A DNA stretch of 64,000 bases from Candidatus Latescibacterota bacterium (lineage in GTDB: Bacteria; Latescibacterota; UBA2968): the NCBI GenBank assembly GCA_965208125.1, contig OZ242320.1, forward strand, positions 2,368,001-2,432,000, written 5' to 3'. Every line of letters starts with the position of its first letter. Position 1 is the first letter of the stretch. The notes below the pieces were generated by a model. That model made no database searches and was not told the DNA's origin. It saw only the letters and a list, made by a program, of their open reading frames with translations. Both the position numbers and the translations under genes were made by a program. Positions 20,106 to 28,410 of the stretch are shown here, piece after piece.

Positions 20106-21463
20106 ATGGACGCGAGTGAGATTCGGCTTTTAATTGCAGATGATGAGTACTATATCTGCGAGGGTCTGCGAGAGGCGATGACCAAAGACGGTTATCGGGT
20201 TGATGTGGCTTATGATGGGAATCGGGCAAAGGCGCTTATGGAAGCCCATGAGTATGATGCCGCAATTTTTGATCTCAAGATGCCGGGGCAGGATGGTCTG
20301 GCACTTTTGAAGTGGGTGAGCGGTGCAAATCGCGAGATTGGCGTTATTGTGATTACGGCTTATGGAGAGGTGGAGACGGCTGTTGAAGCCATGCGGCGGG
20401 GGGCTTATGATTATTTGACCAAGCCCGTAGATCTGAAGCGGTTGCGCCTGTCTTTGGAGCGTTTGCTGGATCACCAGGCACTGGTAGTGGAGAATCGCGT
20501 ATTGCGGGCGCGTCTGGATTCCAATGGGGAAAATGGGGATATCGTGCATCGAAGTGCCGCGATGGAACAGGTCTGTGATACCATAGCGCAGGCGGCAATG
20601 ACCGATGTGCCGGTTTTGATTACCGGGGAAACGGGGACGGGGAAAGAACTCGTGGCGCGTGCGATTCATCAGGCGAGTGCGCGGCGGAATGCGCCCCTGG
20701 TGGCGATGAATTGCGGGGCGTTTGCCGAGACATTATTTGGCAGCGAGTTGTTCGGTTATGCAAAAGGGGCGTTTACGGGCGCGACAGCGAATAAGGCGGG
20801 TTTTTTTGCCGCGGCTGAAGGCGGGACGCTTTTTTTTGATGAAGTGGGTGAGATCCCATTGCCCAATCAGGTCGATTTGCTTCGCGTATTAGAAGAAAAA
20901 GCCTATCGCCCGGTGGGCAGTACCAAAGCGGTGGCCGCAGATGTGCGAACCATTTTTGTCACCAATCGCGATCTCGAGCGAGAAGTGGCAGAAGGACGGT
21001 TTAGAGAAGATCTGTATTATCGCATCAATGTGGTGCCTATTCGCCTGCCACCGCTTCGCGAGCGCGTCGAAGATATTCCGCTTTTGATCGATGTGTTTTT
21101 TGACAATCTGTGTGCGTTGCACCACAAAGCGCGCAAGGAGTTGACGCCCGATGCGATGGATAGGGTTCTGGCTTATTTATGGCCGGTAATGTGCGCGAGT
21201 TGAAAAATACCATTGAGCGCATTGTGGTAACCTGCGCAGATCAAAAGGTGGATGTCGATCATTTGCCTTCTCGAATACGCGATGCCCAGAATGAGACAGA
21301 TGCTATAACGGTTGAACTCGGTTCATCACTTGTAGATGTGGAGCGCGCGCTGATCGAAAAAACACTGGCACATGTGACGGCAAATCGGAAGGAGGCCGCG
21401 GCTTTGCTGGGGATCAGTGTTCGCGCGTTGCAATACAAGATCAAGGCATATAATTTGCGCTAA
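20106..21463 (+). pseudogene. Sigma54-dependent response regulator (REC-AAA+-Fis HTH), split by an apparent 1-bp deletion near 21185
   Basis: GETGTGKE, GAFTGA, FREDLYYRINV; the expected WPGNVREL reads TGG CCG GTA ATG and continues as GNVRELKN..HTH in another frame. Could be a sequencing error. Confidence 0.85.
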
Positions 21464-21473
21464 TTTTCAAAAA

Positions 21474-21518
21474 CGCAATTTTTGCATTTTGGTTATAAAA
21501 TAGGGTGCAATTTTTGCA
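21474..21518. promoter_or_regulatory. Two putative enhancer-binding-protein sites (YGCAATTTTTGCA)
   Basis: cgcaatttttgca 21474-21486 and tgcaatttttgca 21506-21518, ~90-130 bp upstream of a sigma54 promoter. Confidence 0.7.
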
Positions 21519-21574
21519 TCTAAATAGAAAAAAAAAGAATATGAAGATTGAGTTTTATGATTTTTGTTCAATAT

Positions 21575-21587
21575 AAACAACGATTTA
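21575..21587 (+). promoter_or_regulatory. Putative IHF site
   Basis: AAACAA-CGAT-TTA resembles WATCAA-N4-TTR in an AT-rich tract between the enhancer sites and the promoter. Confidence 0.45.
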
Positions 21588-21604
21588 TGTATATAGGCAC
21601 GTTT

Positions 21605-21620
21605 TGGCACGGATATTGCT
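21605..21620 (+). promoter_or_regulatory. Sigma54 (-24/-12) promoter
   Basis: TGGCACG-GATA-TTGCT matches the consensus TGGCACG-N4-TTGCW exactly. Confidence 0.88.
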
Positions 21621-21713
21621 GTAATATTAGGTCGCGTTTATCGCGGATTTTTGATATTGGGGATTAATCTTTGTTTTTATTGATGTTAATGTGTTGTTCT
21701 TCATTTTTAATAA

Positions 21714-22280
21714 ATGTCTTATAGTTTGAAGATGCAAATTCTGCATTTTGTTGCGTGTGGGGGCCTGGTGACTCAAACGACAATTTTACCTGAAGACGAT
21801 GTTTTTCATTTTGATGTTTCGCTTCTTGTACCCGAGTTGCAATCACAAGATCGCCTGGGGGCGATCAAGGAACTGGTCGATCGGCTCTATGGGCGCAGGA
21901 AGGTGGTTGATAGTCTGAAGTTTTTGCAAACTATTCTGGATCGAGAAGATCAGATGAGTACTGTTTTGGGCCGGGGTGTTGCACTGCCCCATGCGCGATG
22001 CCGCTCGGTTGCTCAGCCCGGTGTGGCATTGGGTCTTTCTCAGACGGGTATTGCCTTTCCCCCAGATGCAGAACCCGTTCACGTGATATGCATGGTTGCA
22101 GTACCCGATGTGGCTCCTGTGCCTTATCTCTCGGTTTTGAGCAATTTGGCTCTGTTGTTTAAAAATTCAGATGTTCGAGCGGGTTTGATGGCCTGCGACA
22201 CATCGTTGAGTATGTATCAATTTATGACGAAACATCTGGCGCAAATTCGCAAAATGTCGGCTCCCCATTCTGTTTTATAG
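21714..22280 (+). CDS. PTS EIIA (Fru/Ntr-type) domain protein
   Basis: ILDREDQMSTVLGRGVALPHAR with the conserved phospho-His; start uncertain (possibly 21732 or later). Confidence 0.8.
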   Translation: MSYSLKMQILHFVACGGLVTQTTILPEDDVFHFDVSLLVPELQSQDRLGAIKELVDRLYGRRKVVDSLKFLQTILDREDQMSTVLGRGVALPHARCRSVAQPGVALGLSQTGIAFPPDAEPVHVICMVAVPDVAPVPYLSVLSNLALLFKNSDVRAGLMACDTSLSMYQFMTKHLAQIRKMSAPHSVL

Positions 22281-22314
22281 CCGTTCTCCCCATCCTTTTT
22301 ACAGGAGGTTCCCC

Positions 22315-23166
22315 TTGCCTGGAATTATGATACAAGATAGTGAGTCTCTGGATTTGTATCTGCGAGACATTGCCTCGTCTGAACCCCTTTCGAGTGCAGA
22401 AGAAATTGAACTGGCAAAGAAAATCCACAAAGGTTGTCAGAGATCCAGAGATAAACTGGTTGCGGCCAATCTCCGTTTTGTGGTGAGTGTGGCGCGCGAA
22501 TATCAAAATCACGGGGTGCCTCTGGCGGATTTGATCAGCGCGGGGAATATGGGTCTGATGACGGCTGCCGAGCGCTTTGATGGCACGCGAGGATTTAAGT
22601 TTATTTCTTATGCGGTATGGTGGATACGCCAGGCGATTCACCAGAGTTTGGCACAGGATTCACGGGTTGTGCGTTTGCCTATTAACCGCATTGATTTGTT
22701 GCACAATATTTCAAAGGTGTCGCGCGAGCTGAGGCAGTCAAGCGAGACCGAACCCGAACCCGAAACTGTGGCAAAAGAACTCGGTGTGTCGGTGGAGATG
22801 GTTCAAGATACGCTGATGCGCGCGCGCGATGTCTGGTCTCTGGATGCATCTTTCCGCGAAGAGGATGACCACAGTTTGCTGCATGTGTTGCCCGATAATA
22901 CGCAAAAGGCACCGGATGAGGAGGTTGTAGAGGATTCGGTGCGCGAACAGGTAAAAGATGTGCTCACATCTCTGGATGACCGCGAGACCGAGGTTTTGCG
23001 CCTGTATTTTGGGCTGGGCGGTGAAGAGCCGCTTACGCTTGAAGAGATTGGCGTTCGGTTCAATTTGACCCGGGAGCGCGTGCGGCAAATTAAGGAGAAA
23101 GCACTGCGCAGGTTGCGCCATCCGCGTCGTCGCTCGCGGCTTGAGCCGTTGCTGGAAGTGACTTAA
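22315..23166 (+). CDS. Sigma70 factor, RpoD/SigA-like without region 1.1
   Basis: NLRFVVSVA, DLISAGNMGL, FKFISYAVWWIRQAI, TLEEIG..LTRERVRQI; RBS AGGAGG before TTG start. Confidence 0.93.
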   Translation: MPGIMIQDSESLDLYLRDIASSEPLSSAEEIELAKKIHKGCQRSRDKLVAANLRFVVSVAREYQNHGVPLADLISAGNMGLMTAAERFDGTRGFKFISYAVWWIRQAIHQSLAQDSRVVRLPINRIDLLHNISKVSRELRQSSETEPEPETVAKELGVSVEMVQDTLMRARDVWSLDASFREEDDHSLLHVLPDNTQKAPDEEVVEDSVREQVKDVLTSLDDRETEVLRLYFGLGGEEPLTLEEIGVRFNLTRERVRQIKEKALRRLRHPRRRSRLEPLLEVT

Positions 23167-23210
23167 ATGCAGTGAGAAGTGAGACGAAAGACGCGAGATG
23201 TAAGACTTAA

Positions 23211-23238
23211 ATGCCCCTGAGTTTTCAGGGGCATTTTT
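23211..23238. terminator. Hairpin terminator between convergent genes
   Basis: atgcccctga-gttt-tcaggggcat followed by a T-run. Confidence 0.75.
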
Positions 23239-23277
23239 CTTAGCTATGAGAAAATTGACAAACCCAACCGTTCGGCG

Positions 23278-25119
23278 CTACTTGAGGTAGAGCAGCCGTT
23301 GCGTCTGCACCCCGCCGGGATAGCTCAGGCGTGCGATGTAGATCCCAGTCGATAGCGAGATGCCCCGCTGATCGAGGACATCCCACCGAATCTGATAGGA
23401 GCCTGCGGCCTGGGACTGATCCACCAATGTGCGTACTGGCTGCCCCAGCACATTGTAGATTACCAGTTGCACCGGACCGGGGCTGGACAGGTGGTAGGTG
23501 ATCAGGGTGGCGCTGTTGAATGGGTTGGGAAAGTTGGGCGCCAGTCCACTAACTTCCGGCACTGTTTCGGCTGATAACGCGGGCTCGGCTGCGACCACTG
23601 GCTTGGATGCGGTTAGTGGTTCGACTCGTACGACCCTCATCTTGCCGCCCAGGGTCAGTTCCAGGACCTGGCGTTGATTGTGATTGAGGGGAATGCTGTG
23701 CCACTGGCCAACGGTTTCGCCATCGGCGTTGCTGGCGCGGGCTATATAGTACCCACTGACCCCATTTGGGTTGGAGATGGTGAGGGACAAAGAGCCATTG
23801 GCATCTGTGACGGCGTTATAGGCGTAGTCGGGCTGTTGGCCGGCGATGGATGGAGAGAACTCGACGGTCAATCCCTCGACGGCGTTGCCCAGGACCGTGG
23901 CTTCCACTTCTGTATAGGGATCAGTCGGGACAACCTCGGGTGCGCGCCCATAAAAGCCCGATCCAATGATGAAGTTGTACGGGACTACCCTTCCACCTAA
24001 CTCGGTTTGCGTTTTGAACTCGCGTGCGTATCCGACCTTGGGGATATCGGCGCTGTCGGTGTCGTCGTTGGGATCGTCGAAGTAATACTCCACGAAGCCG
24101 CCTTCCGGGTCACTTTTCGCCGCTTCGATGACCTGCGGTAGTATGAGTTTTCCGGTAACCGCGTCTCGGACAGTCGCTATCAGAGGTCGAAGCTCGTATC
24201 TGTTCGGAAACGCAGCGTGTATTTGGATTACGTTGCTGGTAGTATCCAGGACATAGAGGTACACGGAACCGTGTCTCCAGGGCCCGTTCGGATCCCGAAG
24301 TGCGATCCTGGCTATCCCACCGGGGAAATTGCCGGTTTTCCGAAGTTCGAGACAGTACTCCCCTGCTTCCGTGACGAAGGCCTTCAGGGTTTCTCGATCT
24401 ACCACGTCCCTGGCGGTAACGGCCGGGGTAATGTGATCGATCTCTTCTTCAATTAGGTGAGTTTCATTGAGGTCGAAACCGGCCATCATCACAAGCGGGC
24501 CTTTAAAAAAGTCCGACCAATATGTGGCGGCGTAGCCGGAGGCACCCGGTATGCCAGGTCGCAGGCCTGGTATAGGGGTGGTCGCATCGAATGCGGCATC
24601 CGGTTCTTGCGACAACATATTAAAGACATCGGAATTAGCCTGAGCGGCAATAGCAGGATCGGGAGAAGATAGGTCGGCCAGAACGGTTGAGGGTACTCCC
24701 AGCGCAGAAAGGATCTCTGCATAAATAAGGGGGTTGAGTCGCCTGCTCGACAATGCCATGTTCTTCGCATGAATCAAAATACTGCCATCGGCCTTCAGAA
24801 TCACGAGGTAGGTGGAACCGGAATACCAATAGCTCCCCTCTTGCCGGAAGAGACATCCATAGTATACCACTTGTCCCAGATTCTCAGCCGTCTGAAGCTG
24901 AATAACGAATTGTTCTCTCGAGGCCAGCGCGAAGTCCTGCAGGGTAGCGCTGCCGTCTTCCACCTGTTGCGCCGTTACACTCGGTGGCACAGGGGATGTC
25001 ACGCCAGGCGGGGGTGGACAATCTGCCAGGGCGGGAGGCGCATTGGAAAAGACGCCAGCCAGCACGAGCAGTCCGACAATGGGAATCAGGTATGTGGGTA
25101 ATGTTCGAGTTTTCATCAC
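23278..25119 (-). CDS. Secreted protein: two Cache-like domains + ~90-aa Ig-like module + FlgD/T9SS-like C-terminal domain (paralog 1)
   Basis: Signal peptide (PALA-D), DPNGPWRHGSVYLYVLD..GGFVEYYF..KVGYA..IIGSGFY (single-Cache-like), PNFPNPFNSAT..IYNVLGQ..STGIYIARL; start GTG 25119 by RBS GGAGG and paralog alignment. Confidence 0.75.
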   Translation of the reverse strand: MMKTRTLPTYLIPIVGLLVLAGVFSNAPPALADCPPPPGVTSPVPPSVTAQQVEDGSATLQDFALASREQFVIQLQTAENLGQVVYYGCLFRQEGSYWYSGSTYLVILKADGSILIHAKNMALSSRRLNPLIYAEILSALGVPSTVLADLSSPDPAIAAQANSDVFNMLSQEPDAAFDATTPIPGLRPGIPGASGYAATYWSDFFKGPLVMMAGFDLNETHLIEEEIDHITPAVTARDVVDRETLKAFVTEAGEYCLELRKTGNFPGGIARIALRDPNGPWRHGSVYLYVLDTTSNVIQIHAAFPNRYELRPLIATVRDAVTGKLILPQVIEAAKSDPEGGFVEYYFDDPNDDTDSADIPKVGYAREFKTQTELGGRVVPYNFIIGSGFYGRAPEVVPTDPYTEVEATVLGNAVEGLTVEFSPSIAGQQPDYAYNAVTDANGSLSLTISNPNGVSGYYIARASNADGETVGQWHSIPLNHNQRQVLELTLGGKMRVVRVEPLTASKPVVAAEPALSAETVPEVSGLAPNFPNPFNSATLITYHLSSPGPVQLVIYNVLGQPVRTLVDQSQAAGSYQIRWDVLDQRGISLSTGIYIARLSYPGGVQTQRLLYLK

Positions 25120-25304
25120 GATGGTCCTCCCTCTTGGAATGGGTGGTAAGGAATAAGCGCAGGAAGAATAATATGAAGATGCCCTGGTAAGCAAATAGAT
25201 TTTCTATGCATAAACTGAGGGGCACAGGCATGCCATGTTTATGATGATGGCAATATGGTATTGCGCGGGGTTCAGCAGGGTGTTGTGAAAAAGACGAGGC
25301 GTAA

Positions 25305-25333
25305 AAAAAGCCCCTGAATTTTCAGGGGCTTTT
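25305..25333 (-). terminator. Intrinsic terminator of paralog 2
   Basis: aaaagcccctgaattttcaggggctttt; homologous to the 23211 hairpin. Confidence 0.75.
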
Positions 25334-25352
25334 GCTTTGTGCGTTCGGCGCA

Positions 25353-27197
25353 CTACTTGAGGTAGAGCAGCCGTTGGGTCTGCACTCCGCCGGGATAGCT
25401 CAGGCGTGCGATATAGACCCCCGTCGATAGCGAGACGCCCCGCTGATCGAGGACATCCCACCGAATCTGGTAGGAGCCTGCGGCCTGGGACTGATCCACC
25501 AATGTGCGTACCGGCTGACCCAGCACATTGTAGATTACCAGTTGCACCGGACCGGGACTGGACAGGTGGTAGGTTATCAGGGTGGCGCTGTTGAAAGGGT
25601 TGGGAAAGTTGGGCGCCAGTCCACTAACTTCTGGCACTGTCTCGGCTGATAACACAGGCTCGGATACGGCCAGTGGCTTGGATGCGGTTAGTGGTTCGAC
25701 TCGTACGACCCTCATCTTGCCACCCAGGGTCAGTTCCAGGACCTGGCGTTGATTGCGATTGAGGGGAATGCTGTGCCACTGGCCAACGGTCTCGCCATCG
25801 GCGTTGCTGGCGCGTGCCTGATAGTAACCACTGACCCCGTCCGCGCTGGAGATGGTGAGGGACAAAGAGCCATTGGCATCGGTGACGGCGTTATAGGCGT
25901 AGTCGGGCTGTTGGCCGGCGATGGATCGAGCAAACGCGACGGTCAACCCCTCGACGGCATCGCCTGTGACCGTGGCCTCCACTACCGTATAGGGACCATC
26001 CGGGACAACGGGTGCGCGCCCATAAAAGCCCGACCCGACGATGAAGTCAGCCGAGACTGTGCTTCCGTCTGCCCTCCGGATTTCAGCGGCGAACTCGCGT
26101 GCGTATCCCACCTTGGGGATGTCGGCGCTGTCGGTGTCGTCGGTGGGATCGTCGAAGTAATACTCCACGAAGCCGCCTTCCGGGTTACCGGTCGCCGCAG
26201 CGATGACTTGAGGCAGAATGAACTCTCCGGTCACAGCGTCAAGGACGGTCGGTATCAGAGGCCGATACTCGTACTTGTCCGGGAACGCTGCGTGATACGT
26301 GATGACGCTGCTGACAATATCCAGAACGTAGAGGTACACGGAACCGTGTCTCCAGGGGCCGTTCGGATCCCGCAAGGCGACCCTGGCTCTCGAGGCAGCG
26401 GCTGCATCGCCGGTCTTCAGGATTTCAAGAAAGTAGTTTCCTGCTTCTGTGACGAAGGTCTTCAGGGTCTCGCGATCTACCACGTCCCTGGCGGTAATGG
26501 TCGGGTCGCCGTAATCGATCTCTTCTTCAACTACGTGAGATTCGTTGAGATCGAATCCCGCGAGCAGCAGAATCGGAGTTCCTAAATTGGGCGAGACATA
26601 GACGGCGGCATGGCCCGAAGCGCCTGGTATTCCTGGTGATAGACCTGGAATAGGAGTGGTCGCATCGAATGCGCCGTCCGGCTCCTGCGACAATGTGCCC
26701 AAGACGGCGCCGAAAGCCTGGGCGGCGACAGCAGGATCGGGAGAAGCCAGATTCGCCAGATCGGTTGGGGATACGCCCAACGCAAAAAGGATCGCGCCGT
26801 AAATCACAGGGTTGAGCAGCCTGCCCGACAATGCCATGTTCTTCGCGTGAATGTACACTCTGCCGTCGAGCGTCAGGCTCACGATGTACGTGGAACCGGA
26901 ACGCCAAATCCCATCATCCTGCCTTATGATACATGCGATATACAGCCCTTGTTCCACGGTCGCGGCCCCCTGGGCATATTCTCTGGACCGCTCTCTCACG
27001 GCCAGCGCGAAGTCCATCAGGGTAGCGCTGCCATCTTCCACCTGTTGCGCCGTCACACTCGGGTCCGGAGGAGGCGTCTCGCCGGCAGGAAGTGAACAAT
27101 CTGCCAGGGCGGGAGGCGCATTGGAAAAGACGCCGGTCAGCACGAGGAGTCCGACAATGGGAATCAGGTATGTGGGTAATGTTCGAGTTTTTGTCAC
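25353..27197 (-). CDS. Secreted Cache-like + Ig-like + FlgD/T9SS-like protein (paralog 2, tandem duplicate)
   Basis: Signal peptide and C-terminal ~200 aa near-identical to paralog 1; divergent patches in the Cache-like regions. Confidence 0.75.
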   Translation of the reverse strand: MTKTRTLPTYLIPIVGLLVLTGVFSNAPPALADCSLPAGETPPPDPSVTAQQVEDGSATLMDFALAVRERSREYAQGAATVEQGLYIACIIRQDDGIWRSGSTYIVSLTLDGRVYIHAKNMALSGRLLNPVIYGAILFALGVSPTDLANLASPDPAVAAQAFGAVLGTLSQEPDGAFDATTPIPGLSPGIPGASGHAAVYVSPNLGTPILLLAGFDLNESHVVEEEIDYGDPTITARDVVDRETLKTFVTEAGNYFLEILKTGDAAAASRARVALRDPNGPWRHGSVYLYVLDIVSSVITYHAAFPDKYEYRPLIPTVLDAVTGEFILPQVIAAATGNPEGGFVEYYFDDPTDDTDSADIPKVGYAREFAAEIRRADGSTVSADFIVGSGFYGRAPVVPDGPYTVVEATVTGDAVEGLTVAFARSIAGQQPDYAYNAVTDANGSLSLTISSADGVSGYYQARASNADGETVGQWHSIPLNRNQRQVLELTLGGKMRVVRVEPLTASKPLAVSEPVLSAETVPEVSGLAPNFPNPFNSATLITYHLSSPGPVQLVIYNVLGQPVRTLVDQSQAAGSYQIRWDVLDQRGVSLSTGVYIARLSYPGGVQTQRLLYLK

Positions 27198-27396
27198 GAT
27201 GGTTCTCCTTTCTTACTTAAGCGACTCGCTTAATTGAGAGGGTTTTAAGACAGTTTCTTAGAGAGAGTAATAAAAAATACTCTGGTGAGCAAATAAGTTT
27301 TCTATAGCATAAATCCCATTAGCTTTTAATTATCGAAACACATCTGAAACCTGCTGGAAAAGCACTCCCTCGTACCTCTCACCGCATTTTTTTGGC

Positions 27397-27425
27397 TTGA
27401 CAGCGCGCGAATCGAAAAATATACT
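27397..27425 (+). promoter_or_regulatory. Sigma70 promoter
   Basis: TTGACA-17 bp-TATACT. Confidence 0.8.
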
Positions 27426-27468
27426 GTAGTTGTTCGTTTTTGTGGTGATAACTTGCAGGGAGATCGAA

Positions 27469-27975
27469 ATGAAACGCCTGATGATATGCCTCTTATCTGT
27501 GTTCGCAATGCAGGGCTGTAGTGATCGTCTGTCAGATATGCAAACACAACTGGCAGGTACATGGGTCTTGCAAACTCGCCAATTGCAAGATGGTACTGTG
27601 TTGAGTGGCCCGCATATAAAAGGGTCGCTTTTTTGGGTGCCAATCAGTTCTCGCAAAGCACATATTACGCTCAATATGCTCGAGGATTTAAAAGACGGTA
27701 CGCCCCGGCGATTTAATTATGCTGCCAGTACGTATGAAATTTCTACATCTGCGATTACGCGAGCCAGGCATGTGCTGGTTCGCCAGGGATATCGGTCTTC
27801 TGCCGAAGCACCGATGTCGATTTATCCCAAGGGCAAGAGTGTGAAGGGCAAGATTACTGTTGAGGGCGATAAAATTGAGATTGCACACGATGAGCAGCAG
27901 TGGGTTTTTGAAGGCAATACGATGACGGCATCTTATGAGGGGGCATGGGTCGATACATGGGCGCGGGTTCAGTAG
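27469..27975 (+). CDS. Putative lipoprotein, lipocalin-like beta-barrel
   Basis: Lipobox MQGC, LAGTWVL motif, VDTW end; homologous to 31581-32090. Confidence 0.65.
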   Translation: MKRLMICLLSVFAMQGCSDRLSDMQTQLAGTWVLQTRQLQDGTVLSGPHIKGSLFWVPISSRKAHITLNMLEDLKDGTPRRFNYAASTYEISTSAITRARHVLVRQGYRSSAEAPMSIYPKGKSVKGKITVEGDKIEIAHDEQQWVFEGNTMTASYEGAWVDTWARVQ

Positions 27976-28021
27976 GATGGGTTAATGCGAACGGCTCCGG
28001 TTTCCCGATAAGCAAAAAAGC

Positions 28022-28058
28022 AAAGCCCGTTGATCACGCAGATCAACGGGCTTTTTTT
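28022..28058. terminator. Bidirectional terminator (AGCCCGTYRAT family)
   Basis: aaagcccgttgatc-acgca-gatcaacgggcttttttt. Confidence 0.8.
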
Positions 28059-28151
28059 GTGCGTTCGGCGCACTACTTGAGGTAGAGTAGCCGTTGGGTC
28101 TGCACTCCGCCGGGATAGCTCAGGCGTGCGATATAGTACCCACTGACCCCG
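28056..28151 (-). pseudogene. Chimeric remnant of a third Cache/FlgD-family paralog
   Basis: 28056-28136 matches 25336-25416 with one mismatch; 28131-28150 equals 23744-23763; the two parts join at a shared ATATAG. Confidence 0.85.
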
Positions 28152-28301
28152 ATAAAGACGAAAATGAGAAATCTTTTGCTGATGCATAAGGTATGGCATG
28201 TCTCCTCGTGCTTATCGAAAAAAAGAGGATATACGCGTAAAAAATTAGACGTACGCGTAATTTTTTGCTTTTGAAATTGTAGTAGCAATTGTATTATTAT
28301 T

Positions 28302-28410
28302 TGGAAACGTTTGGATACAAACTCAGGAAAAGCTCAACGGCTGCGGGATGTTTTTCTGGATTCTTCCAGAAAAATTAAGGACCGGTCCTCCCTTCCCGCA
28401 GCCTTTTTTT
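28302..28410 (+). ncRNA. Candidate structured small RNA
   Basis: Possible promoter TTGAAA(28271)/TATTAT(28295); hairpin GTTTG-GATA-CAAAC; multibranch stem GGCTGCGGGA..TCCCGCAGCC followed by T7; no + strand gene leads into it. Confidence 0.35.

Noticed and set aside
23278-28151. Diversity-generating retroelement (TR/VR pair)
   Set aside because: No reverse transcriptase in the window; paralog differences are not adenine-specific, and the remnant matches the conserved region rather than a variable one.
28073-28288. 71-aa ORF ending in ..QRLLYLK as a real gene
   Set aside because: Only the last ~25 codons are homologous (the remnant); the upstream part is AT-rich intergenic sequence without an RBS.
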